Origin: Adineta vaga
Taxonomy: Eukaryota; Animalia; Rotifera
Reading direction: 5' to 3'
Assembly (NCBI GenBank): GCA_021613535.1
Contig: CP075492.1
Location: forward strand, 1,054,001-1,118,000
DNA length: 64,000 nt
Below, one piece after another: positions 52,735 through 63,600 of this stretch. Below the pieces are notes generated by a model. The model saw only the letters and a list, made by a program, of their open reading frames with translations, did no database searches and was not told the origin of the DNA. Positions within the stretch are counted from its first letter, which is position 1, and the number at the start of each line of letters is the position of its first letter. The translations under genes and the position numbers were made by a program.

Positions 52735-53025
52735 ATGGCAAAATGGCAAATTCGCGCACATGAGTCAGGAATCACAGATGTTATGAAAATAAATATTTTA
52801 AACACATTACATACTTCGATTGATACATATGGATCATCAAATAAATACGAAATTTGTAAAGATGTAAAAAATTGGCTTCAAAAAACTTATGGAAACTATT
52901 GGGGTGTGATAATTAGTAATGATGGAGGATGATCATAGAGCATCAACTACTTTGAAGAGAAATACTTGTATATCAGAGAAGTCGAGTTGAGTTGGCAGAT
53001 AATCATTCTTCAACAAAGTCTTTAA
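52735..53025 (+). pseudogene. Dynein-light-chain (LC8-type)-like small protein with two in-frame stops
   Basis: EICKDVKNWLQKTYGNYWGVII; TGA 52930-52932 and a TAG, then SINYFEEKYLYIREVELSWQIII. Confidence 0.5.
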
Positions 53026-53459
53026 GGTAAACTACGATTTTTACTAACAGTATGAAACAGAAAATGATAATGATACAGTTTTAGGAGCAAACATGTAGAT
53101 GATTTCAGTATAAACAAATTTATAGATCTAAACATATCAAATAAATTAAAAAAATATTATGTTTATTTTACTTTTCGAATAAAACTTCCATAATCATTGA
53201 GTATATTCAAATAATAATAAATCTTTTATCAATCATTTATAATCATGAAAAAACGTTCTCTCTTAATTCACATTTTTTTTCAGATAATTTAATTTAAAAA
53301 ATCAAATTTATTCTTTTATTGCAAATAAGAGAAAACAAAAATAACATCATCAATACAATCTTGTCAAATCAATGAATGTAAACGTATATGTCGAGTATTA
53401 TGTCTTGATCATTTAAATGAATATGATCTTCTGAAATTACAGATTCAATTAGAATAAAT

Positions 53460-53675
53460 ATATTAAGTACATTAATTGATACATATGGATCATTGAAAAT
53501 GAAAGAAATAATCAGAGATAGTCAAAATTGGATTAATGAAACTTATGGAAAACATTGGCACATCAAAATTATTGATCTACAACACAAAATCAATCCTTTC
53601 AAAATATTTCTACAAATGAACATTTATTTATAAAAGAAACAAATTTAGAATGGATGATTTTAATTTTTAAATGAT
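53460..53675 (+). pseudogene. Second decayed copy of the DLC-like sequence
   Basis: attgatacatatggatca and aacttatggaaa shared with 52735-53025; QNWINETYGKHW. Confidence 0.45.
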
Positions 53676-53853
53676 AAAAAATATAATAAAACTAAGTTAA
53701 AGATGTAAACATCAATATAAAATAGATTTATTTATATCTTCAATTCAATCACAATTAATATTTATTTGTATAAGAATATTTAAAATCTTGTAAAACTACT
53801 TTTAGTAGTTGTTCCTGATTTCTTTCAATAAACAATATGCAAACCTTAATTTA

Positions 53854-53923
53854 ATCTTGAAGGATGGGTGCGGTGTGGGTGTAGTTCACAATAGGATATT
53901 CATAGTCACACACCCACACCCTC
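53854..53923. repeat. Telomere-repeat hairpin element
   Basis: atcttgaaggatgggtgcggtgtgggtgt-agttcacaataggatattcatagt-cacacacccacaccctc. Confidence 0.88.
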
Positions 53924-54774
53924 TAACTACGTTGTCAGAACCTGATGGGCTTTTATCACATACTTCAAGAAGGAAAAAACGAAGTGAATTATTTACATAA
54001 CTTGCCTTTTGATGGTAATATGAATAATTATGTCTAGCAATTTCATATGATTTACGAGCGATGCATGGCAGAACAAGCAAAAGAAAATTATTTTTCTCCA
54101 ACAAGCGAAAGAATAAATAATAGAAACAGCGTGAGATGTTAGATCTTGTAATGTATGCGTGATCCAAAAACAAACAAGGAAATTTCGCAAAAAAATCTAT
54201 ACAAGCAAGATAATACTTTATACTTTCATACAGAGCACAACATTGGTATATATTGCATTGTTATTCTATTCGACACTACATCATTTTTTGTACGACTCAA
54301 ATAAGTATAAGATTGTTTTTTTTTTAAATTATAGTATCTTCAGAGTATCAACCATATATTTTATTCTATTCTCAAATAGTATCATTTATTTTCATTACAC
54401 TATATTATGATATCATAGTTATTTTTTTCCAAGAAATAAAGATTTACCGGATTTTTTTACAAAATGAATACCAGTAAAAACGTTATGATAATGCGCTACC
54501 ATGCACACAAATCAGTCGTAACATAAATATTAAGTCCTATCATTACTATACAGCTGTTCAGAATTGCATGCTTCTCTGAAATATAGGGTGAGGATGTGGG
54601 ATGAGTCACTCTCACCCCCAAGCTCACTGTAAAGTGCGAGGGAAGTACAAGTGAGTGCGCACTCTGAAGTATCGCTTTTTAATAAAACAATAGAATTATC
54701 TAATACGGACAATCATTGCAAGGAAGAATGTAATTAGTTCTCAGGAAAACAACCTTCTTATTCCTTTCAGATCG

Positions 54775-56076
54775 ATGCCGCAAAAGACTTTTAAAGCCAA
54801 GCTGCAACCCTCCGGCATAAGTAAAGTGGATTGGGATCCTGATGATGCCCATGTGGACTATAAATTTCATGATCAAGATGAAGATGATTATTTTGATGAT
54901 AGTTCCTTTCGTTACATTATATCTGTCGACCATGACAATGAAGACGAATTGAATGACGAAAAAACGAGGAACGAAGTGCCAAATTATGGAGAAAGCAGTG
55001 ATGAAGAACTAGATTATGTAGAGACTAGTAGTGAAGACAGCAGTAACGAAGAATCAGATTATGAAGAAAGCAGTGATGAAGAACACAAGTATGATGATTT
55101 CCCATTTATGACAACGAACACTGGTCTCTCAACCATTGCAATTAGTGCAAATATCGCACCCAGCGCTCTTAGATGGGATGGCACCAAACTAAAAACAGTA
55201 ATTGCAGCTAAAGCTCGAACGAATAAGAAACCAATTGTTGTTTATTACTACTTTGCTTCAAATATGGAAAAGAAAGAAAAATATAAAAAAGTGGTCAAAG
55301 AAGCTATTCAAGATATAGAGGCAGCAGCGCCTGGTATTAAATTTAAAAACTCTTATGAAACGCAAAATTGTATTCGCATCTGTTACTCAAGCAAACGTGA
55401 AAGTAGCAGCGCGGTCGGAATGCGAGGAGGTATACAAACGCTGAAGTTAGGATGGGCCACAAAGGGTAATGTGCTCCACGAATTAATGCATGCATTAGGA
55501 TTTCTTCATCAACATCAACGTGAAGATCGTAGTGAATATGTTTCTGTTCGTGCATCCAAGAAGAAGACTCCTGATTACGAAAAGAAGGGTGTCCACGGCG
55601 GAGGTAGATATGACGCTAATTCTATTATGCATTACCCTTGTGACGCAACTATGAGAGATATTAAACTTTGGGCACGTCATAACAGTGAATGTCTTAGTAA
55701 TGGTGATAAAATCGCACTTAACGTGTTGTATCCACCTGTGAAAGGAGCTCGCAAATGGAATCCAATGAGAGGAGATACCAAGTTATACTATTGTGGCAAG
55801 GAAAATATGAACCATAACGATGCACCATTTGGCACAGTCGGTAGCGATGGCTTTTGCGGTCCTGATGACGGTCCAAATTGCCACATTTGCCGCTGTTATG
55901 GTGGAATACTAACACGGAAAAATGATCAAGGATATCCAGCAAAACAAGGAGAAACAGGCCTTTTTTATTGTGGTCGAAAAATGAAAACCAATAAGAAAGG
56001 AAAAAAACGACACAATGGTATATGTGGTCCTGATAACGGTATCTGTTGTGAATCATGTTATCGATTATTAGAATAG
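54775..56076 (+). CDS. Astacin (M12A) metalloprotease with acidic N-terminus and C-terminal YCG...CGPDxGxxCxxC repeats
   Basis: HELMHALGFLHQHQREDR zinc motif; SIMHY Met-turn; SSAVG. Confidence 0.88.
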   Translation: MPQKTFKAKLQPSGISKVDWDPDDAHVDYKFHDQDEDDYFDDSSFRYIISVDHDNEDELNDEKTRNEVPNYGESSDEELDYVETSSEDSSNEESDYEESSDEEHKYDDFPFMTTNTGLSTIAISANIAPSALRWDGTKLKTVIAAKARTNKKPIVVYYYFASNMEKKEKYKKVVKEAIQDIEAAAPGIKFKNSYETQNCIRICYSSKRESSSAVGMRGGIQTLKLGWATKGNVLHELMHALGFLHQHQREDRSEYVSVRASKKKTPDYEKKGVHGGGRYDANSIMHYPCDATMRDIKLWARHNSECLSNGDKIALNVLYPPVKGARKWNPMRGDTKLYYCGKENMNHNDAPFGTVGSDGFCGPDDGPNCHICRCYGGILTRKNDQGYPAKQGETGLFYCGRKMKTNKKGKKRHNGICGPDNGICCESCYRLLE

Positions 56077-56579
56077 TCTAGTGAGAGCAAATCAACTTAT
56101 ATCTGAAGAAAAATACAACCCAATCTGCTATTCTCAACTTTTGTCTTTCAGAAATCAATTTGTTAATCGAAACAAAATTGATTTAAGTATTTCTACGTAT
56201 ATAATTTTATTCAAGAATACAAAATTAAAATATTCTTCAATAACTTTCATTTTATTTTCTGATTATAAACATCAATCAAGGCTCTGTATTGCATTTTAAT
56301 CACAAATAAATATATAAACAACGGAAGCAACAAAAAGACTCTTTTGAGATAGTATACCTCTTCGTCAAAAATGAAATTATTTTTTTCAGCTGAAAATATA
56401 TTTCACGTGTTACATGTATGATGTAGCTTTGAGTGAATGTATCTTATCTCTACTGAAACAGACTCTCAAGAGAAAAAGTTGACTAGTTTGAGATAACGGC
56501 GTATCAGTATCATTTCACATTTGTTTTTCTCTTATAACAAACAATTAATATTATAGTTAAGATCGGACAAAAATTTCAT

Positions 56580-57748
56580 ATGTCGTGTCCTTTCTTACAT
56601 AATCAACTAATCAATGCAACATTGATAAAACCATCCGTTCGACCTGATCCAACTGTTGGTCAACAAATATGTTTTTATGACCAAATATTTACTTGGACTG
56701 ATAAACATGTTCCACCAAGTAAATTGAATCAATGGCGAAAACATGGTGATTCTTTAATTGATCAATTTTTTCAAGAATATGGTGAACAATTACAAGCTAA
56801 TGATGATACTTATGAATATCTTGAACATTTTCTTGTTACAAATCCTCTAAATACATCATGTTTGATTAAATTCAGTGAATATATTCGTCAACGACCTATT
56901 TGGTTTAATCGTGAACAAATTCTACATGGTCAAAAATTCTTTTTAAAAAATTTACCATCAATGTTAACAACCATTGTATATCATACATTAGTAATAGGAT
57001 ATGGATTTCAACAATTGAATAATATTTTAATAAAAACAAATTATCTTTTATCAAATGATTTGAAGGAAAGTCATCGTCGATTAGTAGAAACATTACAAAT
57101 GATTGCTACAGCTATTTGTGGAGATATTGATCAATTCGATGAAACATTTTCTGATGTAATACGTGTACGTCTTTTACATGGAATGGTTCGATATAAAATT
57201 ATGAAATCTCAACGAATAGAACAATTAATCAAGAAGATTCACTTATAACTCTACTTGAGTTTTCATTTAGTTCATTATTTTGTATTGAACAACATTTTCA
57301 TATTTCATTATCTCATGATGAAAAAGAAGCTTATTTACATTTTTGGCGTTATATAGGATGGTTAATTGGAATTGATGAACAATATCTCATCTATTTATCA
57401 TCATATGAATTAGCTGAAACAATATCACAACCAATTTTTTATCATTTTTATTTACCATCCCAAACTTTAAAACATATGATTCATCATACGTTAATGTCTT
57501 CATATTTTCATGGAGAATTACCTCTTTCATTTCGATTTCATCTTGGTATTTCTCAAATACTTCAAGGAGAACAAGTATCACAAGCACTTCAAATAGATCA
57601 ACCGAAATCGGATCATTTACATTTCTATACTATTCAATTTCTTTTTCAAATTTTTCGATTAATATAATGGTTAGGATCATTTCATTCTATTACATTTAAT
57701 CAATGGATTATTCAAAAAAGTAAACAACAATTATGTCATTTAGTTTAA
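56580..57748 (+). pseudogene. ER-bound oxygenase mpaB/rubber oxygenase (DUF2236)-like, frameshifted after ~57240
   Basis: GQKFF, RRLVETLQM, VRLLHGMVR, then EKEAYLHFWRYIGWLIGI in another frame. Confidence 0.7.
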
Positions 57749-57861
57749 AATGGTATCAATCATTGACTTAGAAATTTTTCTTTATTTAAAACTGATCAAT
57801 CAATGACATCCAAATCAAAAAATGTATCATTAAAAGAATGTTCATGTCAATTTTATCAAAA

Positions 57862-57908
57862 GAGGGTGTGGGTGAAGAAAAGAGTAATAGCCACACCCAC
57901 ACCCTCAA
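57862..57908. repeat. Telomere-repeat hairpin element
   Basis: gagggtgtgggt-gaagaaaagagtaatag-ccacacccacaccctcaa. Confidence 0.9.
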
Positions 57909-57939
57909 CCCGGAAAGCCATCCGAAATCCATCTCTTCT

Positions 57940-58733
57940 CCCTTTGAACAAATATTAGTTAATGAATATTTAATAGAAGAATATATTTTTATCAATCTTG
58001 ACGTTGTATCTGCCTCATTGTAAATATGTGGTGCTGTTACTGTTATCGCTGGAACTGTTATACGATTTCGACATCGAATAAATTGTTTCAGTTTTCCTTT
58101 AAGATCCGCTAAAATATGAAGACGCACATAAATGGAATTAACGGCGGCATACACATTGACAATGGAAATAACTACACAAGAAGTTTTCGATCAAAAGATG
58201 GATTCCATAGTAGTCGTCCTAATCGAATAAGAAAATAACCCCCATTTATAAAGAAAAATAAGAAACAAATACTAAATAATTGCACATGTCATTTGTTGAT
58301 CCATTCGATTCTTTTGTTGAATTATTCAAATAAAAAGAATCAAATTAAAACAAAAGATTAAAAATATCAATTCAAAATCATGTATTATTTGTTCCTATAG
58401 AGCCATTATTGTATACTTGCCCATAAATAACAAGCAGCGACATATAATGAACTTTCCTCATCATAATAACGTTCACATGGATAAAAGAAAATAACTGTTC
58501 GTGGCCAATGTTTTCCTGTAAAATAATAATTTAAACAAATTGGAACATCAGTTAATGTTTGAATTGCATTGATAATTAATAAAAGTATAATAACATGATT
58601 ATTTAATGCACGATATAATGATCGAGTACGATGTGTAATATAAAACATAGAATTGATATATCACTAATAATATACTAAATTGAATTGGACGAACAGGAAT
58701 AAGATTTTTCACTATTGTTGTTGTATTATTCAT
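57940..58733 (-). pseudogene. Degraded class-A GPCR
   Basis: YRALNNHVIILLLIINAIQTLTDVP..LNYY..G..WP; frameshifts and internal deletions. Confidence 0.55.
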
Positions 58734-58940
58734 TAGAATTAATTTAAATATGAAAAATATGTGTGAAGATATTAAATGATAAAGATCCTGTTCTTTTCCT
58801 TTGAAATCATAGATTCATATATTATGAAAAAATTGATGACCTGAAAACTTTTCTTTCATTTGCTGTTTAGCATTCGAACACAGAAAGCAAATACCTAGGC
58901 GGTCAAAACTCTTGAAACATGCGCGTGCACACACCAACTG

Positions 58941-59208
58941 GGGTGCCCGACTGTGAGCTACACATGATGATATATCACACGTTGGAAACACCGTTTTGTG
59001 GGTGGAATTATCACTTTTAGAACATTCAAATCTGATTGTTTTGATGTTTAAGCGCACTTTTTCTCTATCATTCGAATACCATGTGCTTAAATGTCAAAAA
59101 CCATCAGATTTTCACCGCTTTAACGTTATGAAAGTGCTAGTTTGACGCAACAAATTAGCATTTTCGACACGCGATTAATGATCATGCGTAGTTCACACTC
59201 AAGCACCC
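58941..59208. mobile_element. ~270-nt foldback/MITE-like imperfect palindrome
   Basis: gggtgcccgactgtgagctacacatgat vs reverse complement of right end gggtgcttgagtgtgaactacgcatgat; inner arms 59029-59057 and 59083-59110 also pair. Confidence 0.75.
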
Positions 59209-59683
59209 GGACTGATATACGTACTTGTGTGTTTCAAAAATCTTGTCTACTATGGCATTCAGTTAGATTTTCCTATAAGTTATGGATTCATCGGGAATCC
59301 CGTTGTGGAAACTCGATGTGCTACCTAAGAAAAATATGAGAGTGAGGGTGACGATGAAGGTGTAGATATTAATAAAGAAGATACTTGCATACTCGCTTCT
59401 AGCATGAAAGAGTAAAATCGTTTGGATGAGAATCAATATGCTATTGAGAGGTGATGATTAGATTCAATGAAAGAGAGATTTTTTTTTGAGAGATCTTATT
59501 TTTTATTAAAGATAAATAAGTTGAAATGTTAACACGCGATAGAATTTGTCTGAAAATATTGATGCTGAATATATGATAATACATGTCCTAATTGTGTAAT
59601 ATCTTATAAGAGTAACATTTTTAATGAAAGTTATAGAAATGTTTTTTAAATCATTAGAACTTAATTCATGAAGAAGTTTTAAC

Positions 59684-59750
59684 CATCTTGAGGGTGTGGG
59701 TGTGGGTGGGTGAATGTGGAGACTACATCTATCTGCTACACCCACATCCT
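59684..59750. repeat. Telomere-repeat hairpin element (spacer type A)
   Basis: catcttgagggtgtgggtgtgggtgggtgaatgtggag-actacatctatctgct-acacccacatcct. Confidence 0.9.
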
Positions 59751-60607
59751 GTAATAACAATATCAGATACAGCAGTTGCTATAGCACTTGTATAGTACGT
59801 TCAAGATACAATACATCATTAATTTCTCCTCTGAATAGAATCAATTAAAGAGTTGGTTCAATCTGGTTGGGCTATGAAATAACTTCAACAGGAAGTCATA
59901 CTTGTAATTCACCGGGTTATACAATTGGATTATGTTCGAGAAATGTTCATTGGGGACGAATCGATGGTGCAACATGTAATGCAGCATCACAAACTGTGTC
60001 GATTACTTTTGAATAAAATCTATAAAAGCCTAATAACATTGTCATCGTTTGTAAATCTTATTTTCGAATATTTGTTGAAGAAGAATTTCTGTGATCATCA
60101 TTTCACGATTTGATTATATATATATATAATATTATTTTATTAATGACTATACACACAGAAAATATAATAGAAAAAATATTATCCGTTTCGCTTAGAAAAA
60201 AGATTTATAAAATCGAAAAATACACATTGCAAGAATAGGATTTAACAACAGCAATAATAAAATAAAAGACGTATATGATTATATGTAGTTTTCTCAATAC
60301 GAAGAGAGTGATAAATGTCATAATTTTTTTTAAATGAATTGTATCGATGTAATAAAATGAGTATTATCAATAAATACTTCAATATTTATTCATTGTCATG
60401 TTTTATAAAAGATAAAAATCTTGATTGACCATATGCTATTCCTATTCATATTGAACTCGGCAAATATTCAATAATCTGTCATTTATAATGATAGACATAA
60501 ATAAGATTACATATTGACATGAAAAGTTGAAAGAGATAACATTTAGTTATATTAGCAATTGAATTATTGCATGTTTAAGTAGTTATATATCATTTGCTGA
60601 CAGAACA

Positions 60608-63600
60608 ATGTTATCATTTTGTACATTTATTCTATGGCAATCACAAATATCGATGATACATTCATCGAATATGTACCATACCAATATTGATCATCAGAAA
60701 GATTGGTATTGTCTTTTGCATTATGTTCAAAATGACATTGATGAAATTTTCGAATCATATATACAGTCACATCAAATTATTCCATATTGTCTTCGATTAT
60801 TGGATAGTCATGTATTACTCGATAATTTTCACAATACAATCGATACAAATTTTACATTTGCCAGTTTAAAAGAAAAAAACATAAGTAGTAAACAGTTACT
60901 TAGTTGGTCCGCTCCAATCGATCTCGTTGAACAATATGAAATGTTTTTGAATAATATTTCATATCGAACATTTCTAGAAAATGATACAATATTTTACAAT
61001 TGTACGGTACCATGGTTTGGTCCTTATTGTCGTTTTGCATTCGATCAGGTTAATCATTCATCATTAAATAATGTTGTCAAACTTTATTTTCAATCGAAAT
61101 TAAAAATTTTGACGGGTAATAAAGTTACATGTTACGAACATCTTCATTGTAAAACTTCATTGTTATGTTTGGATTGGCGTGAGATTTGTGATAGAAAAAT
61201 GGATTGTGTCGATGGATCAGACGAGATTGATTGTTGGCAACTTGAAATAAATGAATGTACAGAGAACAGTTATCGATGTCATAACGGCCAATGCATTCCA
61301 ATGGAGTTTTTTCATGATAATCCGATCGATCCAGATTGTTTAGATCAAACTGATGAACCTCGTAGTCCCTATTATCCAGGCATTTGCTATAAAGATCCAG
61401 CATTTCGTTGTGAAGAACAGACTAGCCGATCGAGAAACAAACTCTTTCCATGTGGCGATGGAGACTATTCCATCAAGACGGATTTTCAATGTCAAAATGG
61501 TCGTGATAATATCCAGAGTAATGATTCGTGCTCAAAAGCGATTATGTGTGCAATGATCTACCATAATTTGATTGATAATGAATTGTATGAAGAATTTTGT
61601 GGAGAATTAAAAACTCATGTTATAAATCAATGTCCATTGTTATTTAATTTTTCGGAGTTAATTTTATTCAATCACGTTTATCTACTCTTCGAGATGAATC
61701 AAATCAATAGAGATCATCTATCAATTTCATCACCAAACTATGTATGTTATAATGAACAACTTTGTCCTGACTTTCCTCTCCCTACTATTAATTCCAACTA
61801 TTCAAAATGTCGTCTATTCGATGAATTAGGATTAGAAGACAGAGAATATTTCCCTGAGTTACTAGACAATATCAACGAACGATTTCATACATGTTTAATA
61901 TTGCCAAATGATACGCACTATTGTCATCATTCAACGATGTATCAATGTATGAATTCAACGAAATGCATATCGAAATATCGTCTTGTCGATGGTATTCGGG
62001 ATTGTCCATTCAATGATGACGAAACATTCAATCAAAGTTGTTCTCTGAGCAATGTTAAACATCGTTTTGAGTGTTTAGTTAATGGCACAAAGACATGTCT
62101 AGCACCATTGATGATTGAAGATCATTTTAGTGATTGTGATAATTCTGAAGATGAGGATTCAGAAGATATGAAATTTCTAAGAAATCATATCACATTTTCA
62201 ACTATATGTGATGGTAAAGAAGACCTAACGCCTGTATTCATTGATGAACAATATGAAACGGACGAAACCGAGTGTGAATATTGGCCATGTAACAATACCT
62301 ATAGTAGATGTGATGGATTTTGGTTGTGTCGAGATGGGGCTGATGAAGTCAATTGTTTACCGTCAACTTGTCCTGAATTTCAATATAATTGTGTCTATCC
62401 AAATGACACAACGAACTTAGCCTGTTTAACAATTAATCAAATTGGAGATGGTTTCATTGATTGTCTTGGTGCATCCGATGAACGAGTATTTTATCGTCAA
62501 GGAAAATCTGATATTTTCTGGCACAATTTCAAATGTTCGAATGAACCAAAGTTGATTAATTCTTCTTCTTTTTGTAATAATAAAAGCGAATGTTTATTTG
62601 GGGACGATGAAAAATTTTGTACACATTATGGATATATGTATCGTTATAACTGTCATTATGGAAATCTATCATTACTTACAGAAGTAGAACAATTTTTTTG
62701 TTATAATTATCATGTATTCCGACGATCACCAAAAATTTATTTTAAATTGCATAGTATGCCGAACTATTCAATTCAATCTATTACCGCATATGACTCTTCT
62801 GTGTCGATTATTCAAGAAGTAACTTCATCGATACAGAGTAATTCAATAGAAAATATAAAGCATGTAGACGGATGGATATGTAATCGAGGAATTGGTATCT
62901 ATATTCGAAGTGATATAAATCAATCGAAATTCTATTGTCTTTGTCCACCAAGTTATTATGGAGATCGATGCGAATATCAAAATCAACGTGTTAGTATAAC
63001 ACTACAAGTACGTATAATATATGATTGGCGAATTGTATTTAGTTTCATTATAATGCTTATCGATAATGATGGACATATTGAATCACATGATCATATTGAT
63101 TATTTATCAATCCGAGATTGTGATATTAAATTTCATCTTAATCTACTTTATTCAAGTCGCCCAAAGAATCAAACTAAGAACTATTCTGTACGAATCGATA
63201 CATTCAATAAACTTACATTGCAATATCGAGCAAGTTGGTTATTTCCATTTTTATTTCCTTTTCTACCAGTACATCGTCTATCGTTACTACTCATTCTTCC
63301 TTCTCACAATATTCTATCGCATAAACAATGCACACCATCTTGTATTCACGGTTATTGTTATCATTATATCAATCAACCTAATTTGACATTTTGTCGATGT
63401 GAATCCAAGTGGTCAGGTGTTCGATGCGACATTGCCAATCAATGTGATTGTGCATCGGATTCAGTGTGTCTTACCGATTCGATTTGTGTTTGTCCCCTTC
63501 ATCGATATGGTCCTCGATGTTATCTACGTCATTCAGTATGTCATTCCAAAAGTTGTGATAACAATGGCAAATGTATACCGAACGATGAGCGACATACATC

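Noticed and set aside
52930-52938. Stop-codon readthrough or alternative genetic code (also TAG at 41413)
   Set aside because: Long neighbouring genes use the standard code; these loci carry additional lesions consistent with pseudogenes.
3-59750. CRISPR-like repeat-spacer system
   Set aside because: The repeats are inverted and dispersed rather than tandem direct; there are no cas genes; the context is eukaryotic.
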